Position numbers and translations under genes: made by a program. From contig CAMCWW010000002.1 in NCBI GenBank assembly GCA_945882935.1, forward strand, positions 26,274-90,273: DNA of 64,000 bases, written 5' to 3'. Each line of letters begins with the position of its first letter. Position 1 is the stretch's first letter. The notes under the pieces were generated by a model. It searched no databases and was not told the DNA's origin. It was given only the letters and a program-made list of their open reading frames with translations. This stretch comes from Opitutus sp. GAS368 (GTDB taxonomy: Bacteria; Verrucomicrobiota; Verrucomicrobiia; Opitutales; Opitutaceae). This document shows, one piece after another, positions 40,218 to 48,509 of the stretch.

Positions 40218-40472
40218 TTGGCACCGCCGCTCGCGCCGATGAGATCCGCAAGGAGCGGATTCGTCCATCCGCCAAGTGGTCACTTGGCCCTCCACCGCCC
40301 TCGCGCTCTTAGCAACCTGAATACTTGGTTAGACGGAACCTATCATAGTGCAGAGCCCAAATATCTTCAGCGCTACGCCGCTGGGTTCGTCTTTCGATTC
40401 AACCGGCGCAATACTCCGATGGCGGCCTTTCACTCCCTTACGGGTACCGCAGTTAGATTCAGCCGTGCTTAG
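40218..40472 (+). pseudogene. C-terminal remnant of an IS1595-family (ISXO2-like) transposase
   Basis: ...NTWLDGTYHSAEPKYLQRYAAGFVFRFNRRNTP... matches the family tail (G-TYH-x-VS-x-K-(Y/H)-LQRY-x-x-EF-x-FR-x-N-RR). No intact DDE domain lies upstream. An AT-rich patch follows at about 40500-40530. Confidence 0.5.
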
Positions 40473-40608
40473 CGGCGAAAATTAGCCAATCGGACTTTAC
40501 GGGATAAGCATATAAAAATTAATGCCGAAGGTTTTTGCCCTGCGGCCGGATCCCAAAACGCGTCAGGTGAGTCCGGCCACGCTCCAACTCAAGCCCAAGT
40601 ATCTGCAC

Positions 40609-41490
40609 TCACTTCGGCCCCAGCAAAGCATCTCCAACTTCGGGCGCGGCAAACATCCCCGCCGCATCGTGATCGATACCCGGCGCTTCCACTTTGCGCC
40701 ACCCAAAAGTCCAGCCCCGCTCCTTCGCCATCGCCTTAGCGAGCGCGTAGCAGGCGAGGTTGCGGGCATAACGATGAGGCCCCTGCTTCATCCCCGCCGC
40801 GCTCGCATCAAAGCGACGGCGAGGCGTCGTGTCTGCCGTGCCCAGATAAAGGGTCAAAGGCGCCGCAAGATACTGACGTAGCATCGTATCATCCCGGAGC
40901 TCGACCGGCAGTCCGCCCAGCCCGTAGCCGAACCCATGGTCCGTGCTCGGAAACAAAAGCGAGCCCGCGTTTCCCGCCACTATCCGCCTCGCCTCACCCG
41001 GTTGAAACGCGGCCAATCGCACCAAGAACTGCGCACCGGCCGAATGCCCGATCAGATAAAACGGCAGCGTCGGCCGATTTTCCCGCGTGCGCACATCCGC
41101 CACGATCGCGTCCACGACATTAAACATCCATCGCTCTTTGGGATTCGCTTCGCCCCCCGCGATCAGCACCCCGCCCCGTTGATACCATTCTTCGTCGGGA
41201 AACGCGCCCTCGTCCAACCGCGGCGCGACCAACATCATCCCGAATCGCTCGGCCATCGGGATCGCGAACTCGAGATACTGATCCGCATTGCGCATCACCC
41301 CGTGAAAAACAATCAGCAGTGGTCCGTCGCTGTAGCCGACCGGTTTGTAAGTGTAGAGCGTGACCGGCGCGCCGCCATACTTGACCTCCGCTTGCCCGCG
41401 CCCCGTCGGCAACGGTGCCGCGACGGCTTCCACCACTACGAAACTCAGCAAAACCATTATGCAAGTCCCTCGTCGCATCGGGCCCAGCAT
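40609..41490 (-). CDS. Secreted alpha/beta hydrolase (esterase-like)
   Basis: Signal peptide present. Nucleophile elbow LIGHSAGAQ (GxSxG). C-terminal IDHD. Confidence 0.7.
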   Translation of the reverse strand: MLGPMRRGTCIMVLLSFVVVEAVAAPLPTGRGQAEVKYGGAPVTLYTYKPVGYSDGPLLIVFHGVMRNADQYLEFAIPMAERFGMMLVAPRLDEGAFPDEEWYQRGGVLIAGGEANPKERWMFNVVDAIVADVRTRENRPTLPFYLIGHSAGAQFLVRLAAFQPGEARRIVAGNAGSLLFPSTDHGFGYGLGGLPVELRDDTMLRQYLAAPLTLYLGTADTTPRRRFDASAAGMKQGPHRYARNLACYALAKAMAKERGWTFGWRKVEAPGIDHDAAGMFAAPEVGDALLGPK

Positions 41491-41596
41491 ACCCCCATTC
41501 GAGTCCGCCGCAACCGCCGTTTATCGGCTCATAGGCGAGGTTCCGCGGACGCGGTTAGCCGACGCTGTTTTCAAGGCACAAGTCCGCCACTTCCCA

Positions 41597-42319
41597 TCAG
41601 CCAGCCGGCGTCACCGGGAAAACCCGGCGTCGTTTTGACGAAAAACGCACACCAGCGGAGGAAGGATCCGGCGGATTCAGCCGGGGCGGTCGCCGGTCAC
41701 TGTGAAGCGCGTTCTCCGCCGCGCGGCGGATTTGGAAGTCCTGCATGCGGTGAAATAGATCGATGAGTTGCGTCGGTTGAGAATACACGTCGAGCCCCGC
41801 ACGATCCAAGGCGCCGAGCAACTCGTGCGTCGCTTCGAGCGTCGAAAGGCACCCCGGCTCCGGCTGGCGTTTGATGATATAGCGGCTCGGAGCGGCGTTG
41901 GTAAACATGATGCGCGGCAGCCGTTGCAGACTGAGGCTGGTGCGAAACATAGGGCGCACCAGTCGCCACGTCGCATCGAGCAAGCAGACCACCAGCCGCC
42001 GTCCCGCCAGATCGGCGACGGGCAACTCGCCCTTCGAAAGATCCCGCGACTCACGTCCCGGGTAGAGCAGCACCGGAAAATTCTGCGGATCGTTAATCAG
42101 CGCCTGCACCGCCTCGTGCTCGTCGAAGCCGATGCCGAGGTGCAGCTCGCTGTCGGCGAGACACAGATGAGTGAGCCGGCCGGTGCTCGCCTTCACCCGC
42201 TTGTGTTCATACGGGTGCATGAGGATTACAAACTTCGTGCGCGTCGGCATGGGCGTAATCGACCCACACCAGCAATGCGGTTGCGGCCAATTGCAGCGGT
42301 AGCACATCACCCGGCTCAT
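41597..42319 (-). CDS. DTW-domain tRNA-uridine aminocarboxypropyltransferase (TapT/YfiP-like)
   Basis: N-terminal CYRCNWPQPHCWC Cys cluster and LLDATWRL (DTW motif). ATG at 42319 overlaps the upstream stop codon (ATGA). Confidence 0.8.
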   Translation of the reverse strand: MSRVMCYRCNWPQPHCWCGSITPMPTRTKFVILMHPYEHKRVKASTGRLTHLCLADSELHLGIGFDEHEAVQALINDPQNFPVLLYPGRESRDLSKGELPVADLAGRRLVVCLLDATWRLVRPMFRTSLSLQRLPRIMFTNAAPSRYIIKRQPEPGCLSTLEATHELLGALDRAGLDVYSQPTQLIDLFHRMQDFQIRRAAENALHSDRRPPRLNPPDPSSAGVRFSSKRRRVFPVTPAG

Positions 42320-43275
42320 GGTGCGGCGTCGCTCGCAACGACCGGCCACTCCAGGGCCCGAGCGCTGGCAAAGCTGCGCGCCTCGCCGCTGATCGGATCT
42401 GCAAAAGCAATGTGCTTAGCGAGGAGCTGCAGCGGCTGCCCGAAATCGTCGCTGTTCTCCGGCAAATGCACCGGGTAGATTTGGTCATTGCGAATGGGGA
42501 TGCCCAGTGCCGCACAGTGCGCGCGCAACTGGTGTTTGCGGCCGGTGATCGGGTTGAGGCCGTAGCGCGCCCACTTGCCATGGGTCTCCAACCGCTCGAT
42601 CCGCGTTTCGGCGTTGGGCTCACCTTCCACTTCACGCATCTGCATGAATCGCTCCGGATTTTCTTCCAGCCGGCTGCGGTGATTCAACGGCAACCCAAGT
42701 TCCGGCCGCCACGGCGCAATGGCTTCGTAGCACTTACGAATCGATTTTTCCAAAAAGAGATTCTGGTAACGGCCGCGCGTCGCGGGTTGCACGCTGAAGA
42801 CCACGAGCCCGGCCGTCTCGCGATCAATCCGGTGAATCGGCGAGAGAGAATCGAGACCGAGCCTGCGCTTGAGGCGCACCAGCAGCGTTTCCTGCAAATA
42901 GCGTCCCGAAGGAATCACCGGCAAAAAATGCGGCTTATCGGCCACGACAAGTAACTCGTCTTGGAAGAGCACGACCTCGTCAAAGGGGATGCGGGCTTCC
43001 GCCTCGATCGAACGGTAATAGTGAATGCGTTGGCCGGCGGCGTAAGGCAGGTTGGCGGGCACGGCAACGCCGCTCTCGTCCAAGACTTCGCCTTTTTCGA
43101 ACCGAGCCACCCAAGCCGCCTCCGGCACGCCCGGAAATCGCTGCAGCAGAAACTCACGCAAGGTCGTCCACGGGCCGACCGGCAAGACGACCGAACTCGG
43201 ACTCACTCCATCGCGGGTGAGTCTTGGCGTCAGCGCATTGGCGGAATCGCGAGATTGGAGTTCGTTTGAATTCAA
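42316..43275 (-). CDS. RluA-family pseudouridine synthase
   Basis: HRIDRETAGLVVFS catalytic motif. RKHQLRAH. N-terminal S4-like segment. Confidence 0.85.
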   Translation of the reverse strand: MNSNELQSRDSANALTPRLTRDGVSPSSVVLPVGPWTTLREFLLQRFPGVPEAAWVARFEKGEVLDESGVAVPANLPYAAGQRIHYYRSIEAEARIPFDEVVLFQDELLVVADKPHFLPVIPSGRYLQETLLVRLKRRLGLDSLSPIHRIDRETAGLVVFSVQPATRGRYQNLFLEKSIRKCYEAIAPWRPELGLPLNHRSRLEENPERFMQMREVEGEPNAETRIERLETHGKWARYGLNPITGRKHQLRAHCAALGIPIRNDQIYPVHLPENSDDFGQPLQLLAKHIAFADPISGEARSFASARALEWPVVASDAAP

Positions 43276-43430
43276 GGGTCGTCGGACGTTCAGCGCCTGC
43301 GACTAAGCCGAGGCCACACCCCCGGAGCGTGGTCAGCCGAGGCGAACCATGCGAACCACCTTTTCTGAAATCTTGCGAATCGGCTCGCCCAAGCTCGACG
43401 CCTTGGCACCGCAGCTGCTCAGGTTGGGCG

Positions 43431-44387
43431 ATGACCCTGTTCAACCGCCGCCAATTGATCGCTCGCTGCGCCCTGCTCGCCGCAACCCTGCTCAGCCCAT
43501 TCACGCCAAACGTGGTCGCCCAAGCCGCCACCCCGGCGCCCGCTATCCGCAAGCCGCTGATTGCCGTGCTCAACGCCTATCCCCCTGAAATGGACGCGAT
43601 GGTGAAGGAGTTTAAACTGCTTGAGGGCGGCTTCACTGAGAAACGCGTCAAAGGATTTCGCTACTATATCGGCACCGTCGAGGGAAAGGACATCGTCGTA
43701 TTTGAAACCGGCATCAGCATGGTCAATGCGGCTATGGCCTTGCAGCTCGCGCTCGAGCGCCTGCCCATCAGCCACGTCCTGTTCGCCGGGGTCGCGGGCG
43801 GTACCGACCCTGCCCTGCGCGTTGGCGATGTCGTCATTCCCGAGCAGTGGGCTTACCACAGCGAAGCCGCTTATTTCAACCCGACGCCCGACGGCAAAGA
43901 CTGGATGAAAGCGGATTATTTCACCAAACGTTACCCCAACTACGGCATGATTTTCCCGGCGGACATGTTTGCCGTCCGCGCGAGCAAAGAACGATTTGAG
44001 CGCGTCGCCTACTTCCCCGTCGACGCCTCCTTGCTGGAAGTCGCCCGCCGCGCCGTTGAGAAACTTGGGCCGGTCATCAGCGCCAAGACCGGGCGTGAAA
44101 TCACCGTGAGCGTCGGCGGCGTCGGCGTGACCGGCACCGTTTTTCTCGACAACCGCGATTACCGCAAATTCGTCCACGACACGTGGGGTGCCCGCTGCGC
44201 CGATATGGAGACGACCGCTTACGCTCACGTCTGCTACACCAACGAGATCCCGTTTCTCGCGGTCCGAGCCCTCAGCGATCTCGCCGGCGGTCAGGACCAC
44301 GGCGAACTGAACGTCATCGACGCCAATGAAGGAATCTCGTCGGCCCACGCTGTAAAAGTTCTCCGCGCCATTTTGCGCGAGATGTGA
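43431..44387 (+). CDS. Exported nucleoside phosphorylase-superfamily protein (PNP_UDP_1; MTA/SAH-nucleosidase-like)
   Basis: ATG at 43431: MTLFNRRQLIARCALLAATLLSP...AQA is a twin-Arg-like signal. FAGVAGG and CADMETTAYAHV resemble MTAN/PNP motifs. The listed 43224 start is an artefactual extension. Confidence 0.7.
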   Translation: MTLFNRRQLIARCALLAATLLSPFTPNVVAQAATPAPAIRKPLIAVLNAYPPEMDAMVKEFKLLEGGFTEKRVKGFRYYIGTVEGKDIVVFETGISMVNAAMALQLALERLPISHVLFAGVAGGTDPALRVGDVVIPEQWAYHSEAAYFNPTPDGKDWMKADYFTKRYPNYGMIFPADMFAVRASKERFERVAYFPVDASLLEVARRAVEKLGPVISAKTGREITVSVGGVGVTGTVFLDNRDYRKFVHDTWGARCADMETTAYAHVCYTNEIPFLAVRALSDLAGGQDHGELNVIDANEGISSAHAVKVLRAILREM

Positions 44388-44482
44388 AGCTTGTAATGCG
44401 ACGGGAGCTTTAGCTCCGAACTCCGGCCTGCGTGAGTCACACCTCTAATCTTGCGTGCTTAACCCCGCGCTCGGCGCACCTC

Positions 44483-44577
44483 ATACCAATGGCTGTTGAT
44501 TTTTAGACTGCGGGTTCCGAGGTAGCACCGGCATCTGGCCCGTGGATTTGAGGATGCAACTCAACCGCTATTGGTAT
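44483..44577. repeat. 95-bp unit bounded by a 17-bp inverted repeat
   Basis: ATACCAATGGCTGTTGA (44483-44499) versus TCAACCGCTATTGGTAT (44561-44577). 15 Watson-Crick pairs, 1 G-U pair and 1 mismatch, with a 61-nt loop. It lies in a spacer between convergent genes. Confidence 0.6.
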
Positions 44578-44799
44578 CACACCATCGGCTGCGAAACTCA
44601 CTTTTTTGATTAACCCTTGAATCCGCCGCAGCCCAACCCTCCAAATTTATTAACCACTGCTGCTCCCGAATTAACCCGGATAAAGCCGGGGAACCGGCTT
44701 CACCTCAGGGGTGAGTCGTTCGCTGCTCCCATCGGTTTGGGATCCGGGTCCATTCGGGTCTATCCGTGGTTCAACTGCCGTTTTTAGATTAAACCAAGT

Positions 44800-45495
44800 T
44801 CAGCGCCCGACCGGCTTGTCCTTGGGTTGCGGGGTGGCGAGACGTTGGACAGCCGGAGCCAAGCGGCTCAGCAAGATGCTGGGCGGAGGCGTCGAGTCCA
44901 CGATCGCAAGAAATTTCTCCCGGCGCTGCTTCAAAAGCTCGCGAGCTTTTGTCTGCTGCTCGGCATCGAGCTTGAGCTCCTTGACGAGCGAATCGTGCTT
45001 CATCGTTGGCGCCACCATCCAGAGAACGCCTGAAAGCGATCGTTGGCGAAGTTGATCGATTTCATCATCCGTCAGGGGCTTAACTCCCGTCGCTACTTCC
45101 GCCAAGCCCTTGGCCATTCGCTCGGCGCGACGCTTCTGACCTGCCGCGTAGTGAGTGCGCTGTTCGGGCGTGAGCATCGCCGCAAGTTGTCCGTCAAACT
45201 CTGCATCAATTTGATCGAGCCGTTGGCGATAGCTGTCGATTTGAGGACGCAGGCGCTCGATCTCGGCCACCAACTGGGCGCGATTCTGAGGAGAGCGGGC
45301 GGGCGCAGCTTGCGGCCCGCTCGGCTTGGCGGCTGTCGCGGTTGCGGGCACGGTCGCCGCCTTGCTGGTAAATTCCCCCATCAAGGTCGCCGGCGGGGCC
45401 GGAACCGGGCGGGTGCGTTCGGTGCGCAAGCCAGCGATATAGCCAATGGCAAAAACCACGACTGTGAGACCGGAGATAACAAGTGCGCGCTTCAT
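44800..45495 (-). CDS. Periplasmic LTXXQ-motif (Spy/CpxP-like) protein
   Basis: N-terminal anchor MKRALVISGLTVVVFAIGYIAG. Motifs MLTPEQRTHY and LDAEQQTKAREL. The ATG overlaps the anti-sigma stop codon (TGATG). Confidence 0.65.
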   Translation of the reverse strand: MKRALVISGLTVVVFAIGYIAGLRTERTRPVPAPPATLMGEFTSKAATVPATATAAKPSGPQAAPARSPQNRAQLVAEIERLRPQIDSYRQRLDQIDAEFDGQLAAMLTPEQRTHYAAGQKRRAERMAKGLAEVATGVKPLTDDEIDQLRQRSLSGVLWMVAPTMKHDSLVKELKLDAEQQTKARELLKQRREKFLAIVDSTPPPSILLSRLAPAVQRLATPQPKDKPVGR

Positions 45496-45776
45496 CAAAG
45501 ATTCACTGCAAATTCGTCGGCGGCGTCAGCGATTTTTTGCCAACCCGCCAAATTAAAATCGTTTTCGGCCGCATCTCGCGCGGAGTCCCCGCTTAGGGCC
45601 ACCACGAGGAAGCAGACGGCAACGGTCACCGCACTCAGGGCAAAGATACTCGTCAATGAGGGCACGGCCTTGGCGCCCACTCTGGCCGCACGCACGACGC
45701 GGTCGGCGAAGCCGGGCCGGAGTTGGGTGGCCGCGTGGCGGCGAAGGTCAGACCAGACTTGGGTTTCAGTTCTCAT
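45495..45776 (-). CDS. Small single-pass membrane protein, putative anti-sigma factor
   Basis: Sits between the ECF sigma and the LTXXQ gene, overlapping both. One TM helix: FALSAVTVAVCFLVVAL. Confidence 0.55.
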   Translation of the reverse strand: MRTETQVWSDLRRHAATQLRPGFADRVVRAARVGAKAVPSLTSIFALSAVTVAVCFLVVALSGDSARDAAENDFNLAGWQKIADAADEFAVNL

Positions 45777-46314
45777 GGTTCGGTTGGTAATGTTCTCGAA
45801 GGTGTTCTCGGGCACGGTGGAGGCGGGCCTTCACGGCCGCCACGCTGGTGCGCAGGGTAACTGAGATCTCCGCATGACTGCGCCCTTCCTGCACGAGGGC
45901 GAGTAAGGCCCGGTCCTGCGGCCGGAGCTGGGCGAGCGCATGGCGCAAAGCGTCGAGCTCTTCGGAGCCGACCGCGCCTTCGGGTTCAGGGACGTTTTCG
46001 TGTTCCGGCGCAAACGGCGTAAAGATGCGTCGCAGTTTTTGGCGGCGGAGGTGATCGATGCAGGTGTTCCGCGCGAGCCGGAAAAGCCAAGACTCGAACT
46101 GGGCCGGCGCCTGAAGCCCCGCCAGCGCGCGGACCATCTTGATGAAGACAAGTTGAGCGATGTCCTCGATGGCATCACTGCGGCCGATGATCGCGTAGAT
46201 AAACCCGGCAATGCGGTGCTGGTAAGCCACGATGAGCTCGCGCTGGGCATCGGGCTCGCCGCGTTGCGCGCGTCGAACAAGATTGACCGAAGGAGTCGGT
46301 GAAGTGGATTCCAT
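45766..46314 (-). CDS. ECF-type RNA polymerase sigma-70 factor
   Basis: Region 2: AQRELIVAYQHRIAGFIYAIIGRSDAIEDIAQLVFIKM...FESWLFRLARNTCIDHLR. Region 4: HAEISVTLRTSVAAVKARLHRAREHL. Confidence 0.9.
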   Translation of the reverse strand: MESTSPTPSVNLVRRAQRGEPDAQRELIVAYQHRIAGFIYAIIGRSDAIEDIAQLVFIKMVRALAGLQAPAQFESWLFRLARNTCIDHLRRQKLRRIFTPFAPEHENVPEPEGAVGSEELDALRHALAQLRPQDRALLALVQEGRSHAEISVTLRTSVAAVKARLHRAREHLREHYQPNHEN

Positions 46315-46456
46315 GCAGAGTTCATTGTGCTATCCGGGAAAGACGCGGGACGTCAGCGAAAGATACACCGCTCCGCGATGAACGGCGATCCGCCTTGAGG
46401 CAAACTTTACCTAGGCAGCACGCCAAAAATTGAGCATCGCCTGCCGTTTCGCCTGC

Positions 46457-47671
46457 TCACCACGTCGGCGGCGCGCCGCCGCCCAGCATCCGCACGCGTC
46501 GGTCTTTACGGGGAAACTGGAGTGTAACCACCGTGCCCACACCCTCCTTGCTCTCAATCCCCACTTGCCCCCCATGTTCGCGCAGGATGCGCTGCACGAT
46601 CATCAATCCAAGCCCGTGACCGCCCGGTTTTGTCGTATGGTAGGGTTGAAACACCCGCACGAGATCCTCCTGCTTGATTCCGCTGCCGCTGTCTCCGAAG
46701 AGCAAAAACACCGAGTCGTCGTCGGCCCGCGCACGAATCTTCAAACGACCGCCCGGCTCCATCGCATCCAACGCGTTCTTCGCGAGGTTGAAAAAGACCT
46801 GCTTGAGCTGGTTCCGATCGGCCATCACCAACGGCAGATCGCCCGAGGCCTCCACTTCAACGGCGATTCGACGGTCGGCGAACTCCCGTTGCTGAAAGCG
46901 TAGCACTTCCGCCAGGACTTCGGCCAGATCGAGCTCCGCCAAATCCGGCGGTTGAGGGCGGATCGCTTCAAGGAAATGCGCGATGATCCCGTCGAGTCGT
47001 GCAACTTCCGCGCGACAGACATCGACCGATTCGACGAGCGAATCCGTGTCTTTTGACGCCTTCAATTTCTTCAACTTCCGCGTGATCAACTGGAGGTGGA
47101 TCGTGAGCGAGTTGAGCGGGTTTCCGAGCTCGTGCGCGACTCCTGCGGCCAGCAAAAGGATCGAAGAAGTGCGTTCATCCTCCAACTGCTGGGCCGTCGC
47201 GTGTTTATCCCGGGTGACATCGGTGAGGATCACCGCAAACCGCCGAGCGTCGCCGCGGGCTTCGCCCCGGAATGGCACCATGTAGAGCCGCACCGTCCGC
47301 GGTTCGGGATACGTCAGCTCAAACTCCCGCGCCACCACCGGCAGCGCCGCTGCGGTATCATCTTCCAGCGTCCCGCCTAAAGACGGCCGCAGCCCGGGAA
47401 TGAGTCGCCACAAAGTTTGGCCCGCCAGTTCGTCCTCCCCGAGCCCAATCAGTCGGTGCGCCGCGTCGTTCGCGTAATCAATCTCTCCGTCGAGAGTGAT
47501 CACCAGCACGCCTTCTTGGAGCGTGTTAAAGATCTCTTCGAACAGACCGCGTTCACGGGCCAAGCGTTGGACCAGATTCGCGAGGTTGACCGAATCGAGC
47601 GTGTCGAGCCGACCTAGCACCCGATCAAGCGAGAAGTTTTTCTTACCGGCCATAAAAGGTTTTTGAGACAT
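46457..47671 (-). CDS. PAS-domain sensor histidine kinase (cytoplasmic)
   Basis: H-box LAAGVAHELGNPLNSL. N-box FFNLAKNALDAM. G-boxes DSGSGI and GHGLGL. No response regulator is adjacent. Confidence 0.88.
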   Translation of the reverse strand: MSQKPFMAGKKNFSLDRVLGRLDTLDSVNLANLVQRLARERGLFEEIFNTLQEGVLVITLDGEIDYANDAAHRLIGLGEDELAGQTLWRLIPGLRPSLGGTLEDDTAAALPVVAREFELTYPEPRTVRLYMVPFRGEARGDARRFAVILTDVTRDKHATAQQLEDERTSSILLLAAGVAHELGNPLNSLTIHLQLITRKLKKLKASKDTDSLVESVDVCRAEVARLDGIIAHFLEAIRPQPPDLAELDLAEVLAEVLRFQQREFADRRIAVEVEASGDLPLVMADRNQLKQVFFNLAKNALDAMEPGGRLKIRARADDDSVFLLFGDSGSGIKQEDLVRVFQPYHTTKPGGHGLGLMIVQRILREHGGQVGIESKEGVGTVVTLQFPRKDRRVRMLGGGAPPTW

Positions 47672-47710
47672 GGGGCCCGCGCGGTCAACGGCCTCCGTCG
47701 CCCGTTGAAT

Positions 47711-48481
47711 TCATGGGTCACTGAGGAAATCCAACTGCGTGGGATCGACCCGCCCGGCGAGCAGCTTGCGCAGAAACATCTCGCGATGTTGGGCCGTGCG
47801 ACCGAGCCGAAGTACGGCCTCGCGGTGCTCCTCGGTGCCGTAGCCTTTGTGGGCCCCGAATCCATAACCGGGGAACGTGCGATCAAGCTCCTCCATCTGC
47901 CGGTCGCGGGTGACCTTCGCGATGATCGACGCCATCGCGATGCAGAGCGAGCGGGCATCACCGGAGACGATCCCGGTGTGCGGGTAAGGGAAATTGCGCA
48001 GGGGCAAGCCGTCGACCAACACCCGCGCCAAAACCGTCGGTTTAAAGCCGGCAATTTCCTCGGGCGCGGAGAACAAGTCCGGCTCCGTTCTCCGTTCGAA
48101 TGCACTCGGCGGATAAATGCCTTCGAGCGCGCGGCGCATGGCCAGCTTGGTGGCACCGAGGATGTTGAACTGCGCGATCTCACCGACATCCGCCGAGCCG
48201 AAATGGGCATGGATTTTCCCTTCCGCCGCCAGCGCCTCAAAGTCCAACCAGAGGGAATCACGCTCCGCCGCCGTGAGCTGCTTAGAATCGTTGATCCGGC
48301 GGGCATTGATTTCGGCCCACCGGCTTTCGAGAAAGTCCCGCGTTACCAATACCGCGCCCGCCACCACCGGACCAGCGAGCGCGCCGCGGCCCGCTTCATC
48401 GACTCCGATCAGACTGGCCACGCCCTCGATCTGCTTGAGATCGAAACCGCGAAGTTGGCGCCGTTTGGACATGCTGGGCAA
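47711..48481 (-). CDS. rnhB: Ribonuclease HII
   Basis: IGVDEAGRGALAGPVVAGAV, DSKQLT and SIIAKVTRD motifs. Confidence 0.92.
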   Translation of the reverse strand: MPSMSKRRQLRGFDLKQIEGVASLIGVDEAGRGALAGPVVAGAVLVTRDFLESRWAEINARRINDSKQLTAAERDSLWLDFEALAAEGKIHAHFGSADVGEIAQFNILGATKLAMRRALEGIYPPSAFERRTEPDLFSAPEEIAGFKPTVLARVLVDGLPLRNFPYPHTGIVSGDARSLCIAMASIIAKVTRDRQMEELDRTFPGYGFGAHKGYGTEEHREAVLRLGRTAQHREMFLRKLLAGRVDPTQLDFLSDP

Positions 48482-48509
48482 GAATCAGGATACGCCGCGT
48501 CGAGACCGT

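Noticed and set aside
40225-40245. TGGCAC sequence as a possible sigma-54 -24/-12 promoter.
   Set aside because: The downstream element is CTCG rather than TTGC at the required spacing, and it lies inside the transposase remnant.
46315-46456. Autoregulated ECF promoter (GGAAC-N16/17-CGTC) upstream of the ECF sigma gene.
   Set aside because: CGTC elements are present, but there is no GGAAC-like -35 at the right spacing. It cannot be supported by eye.
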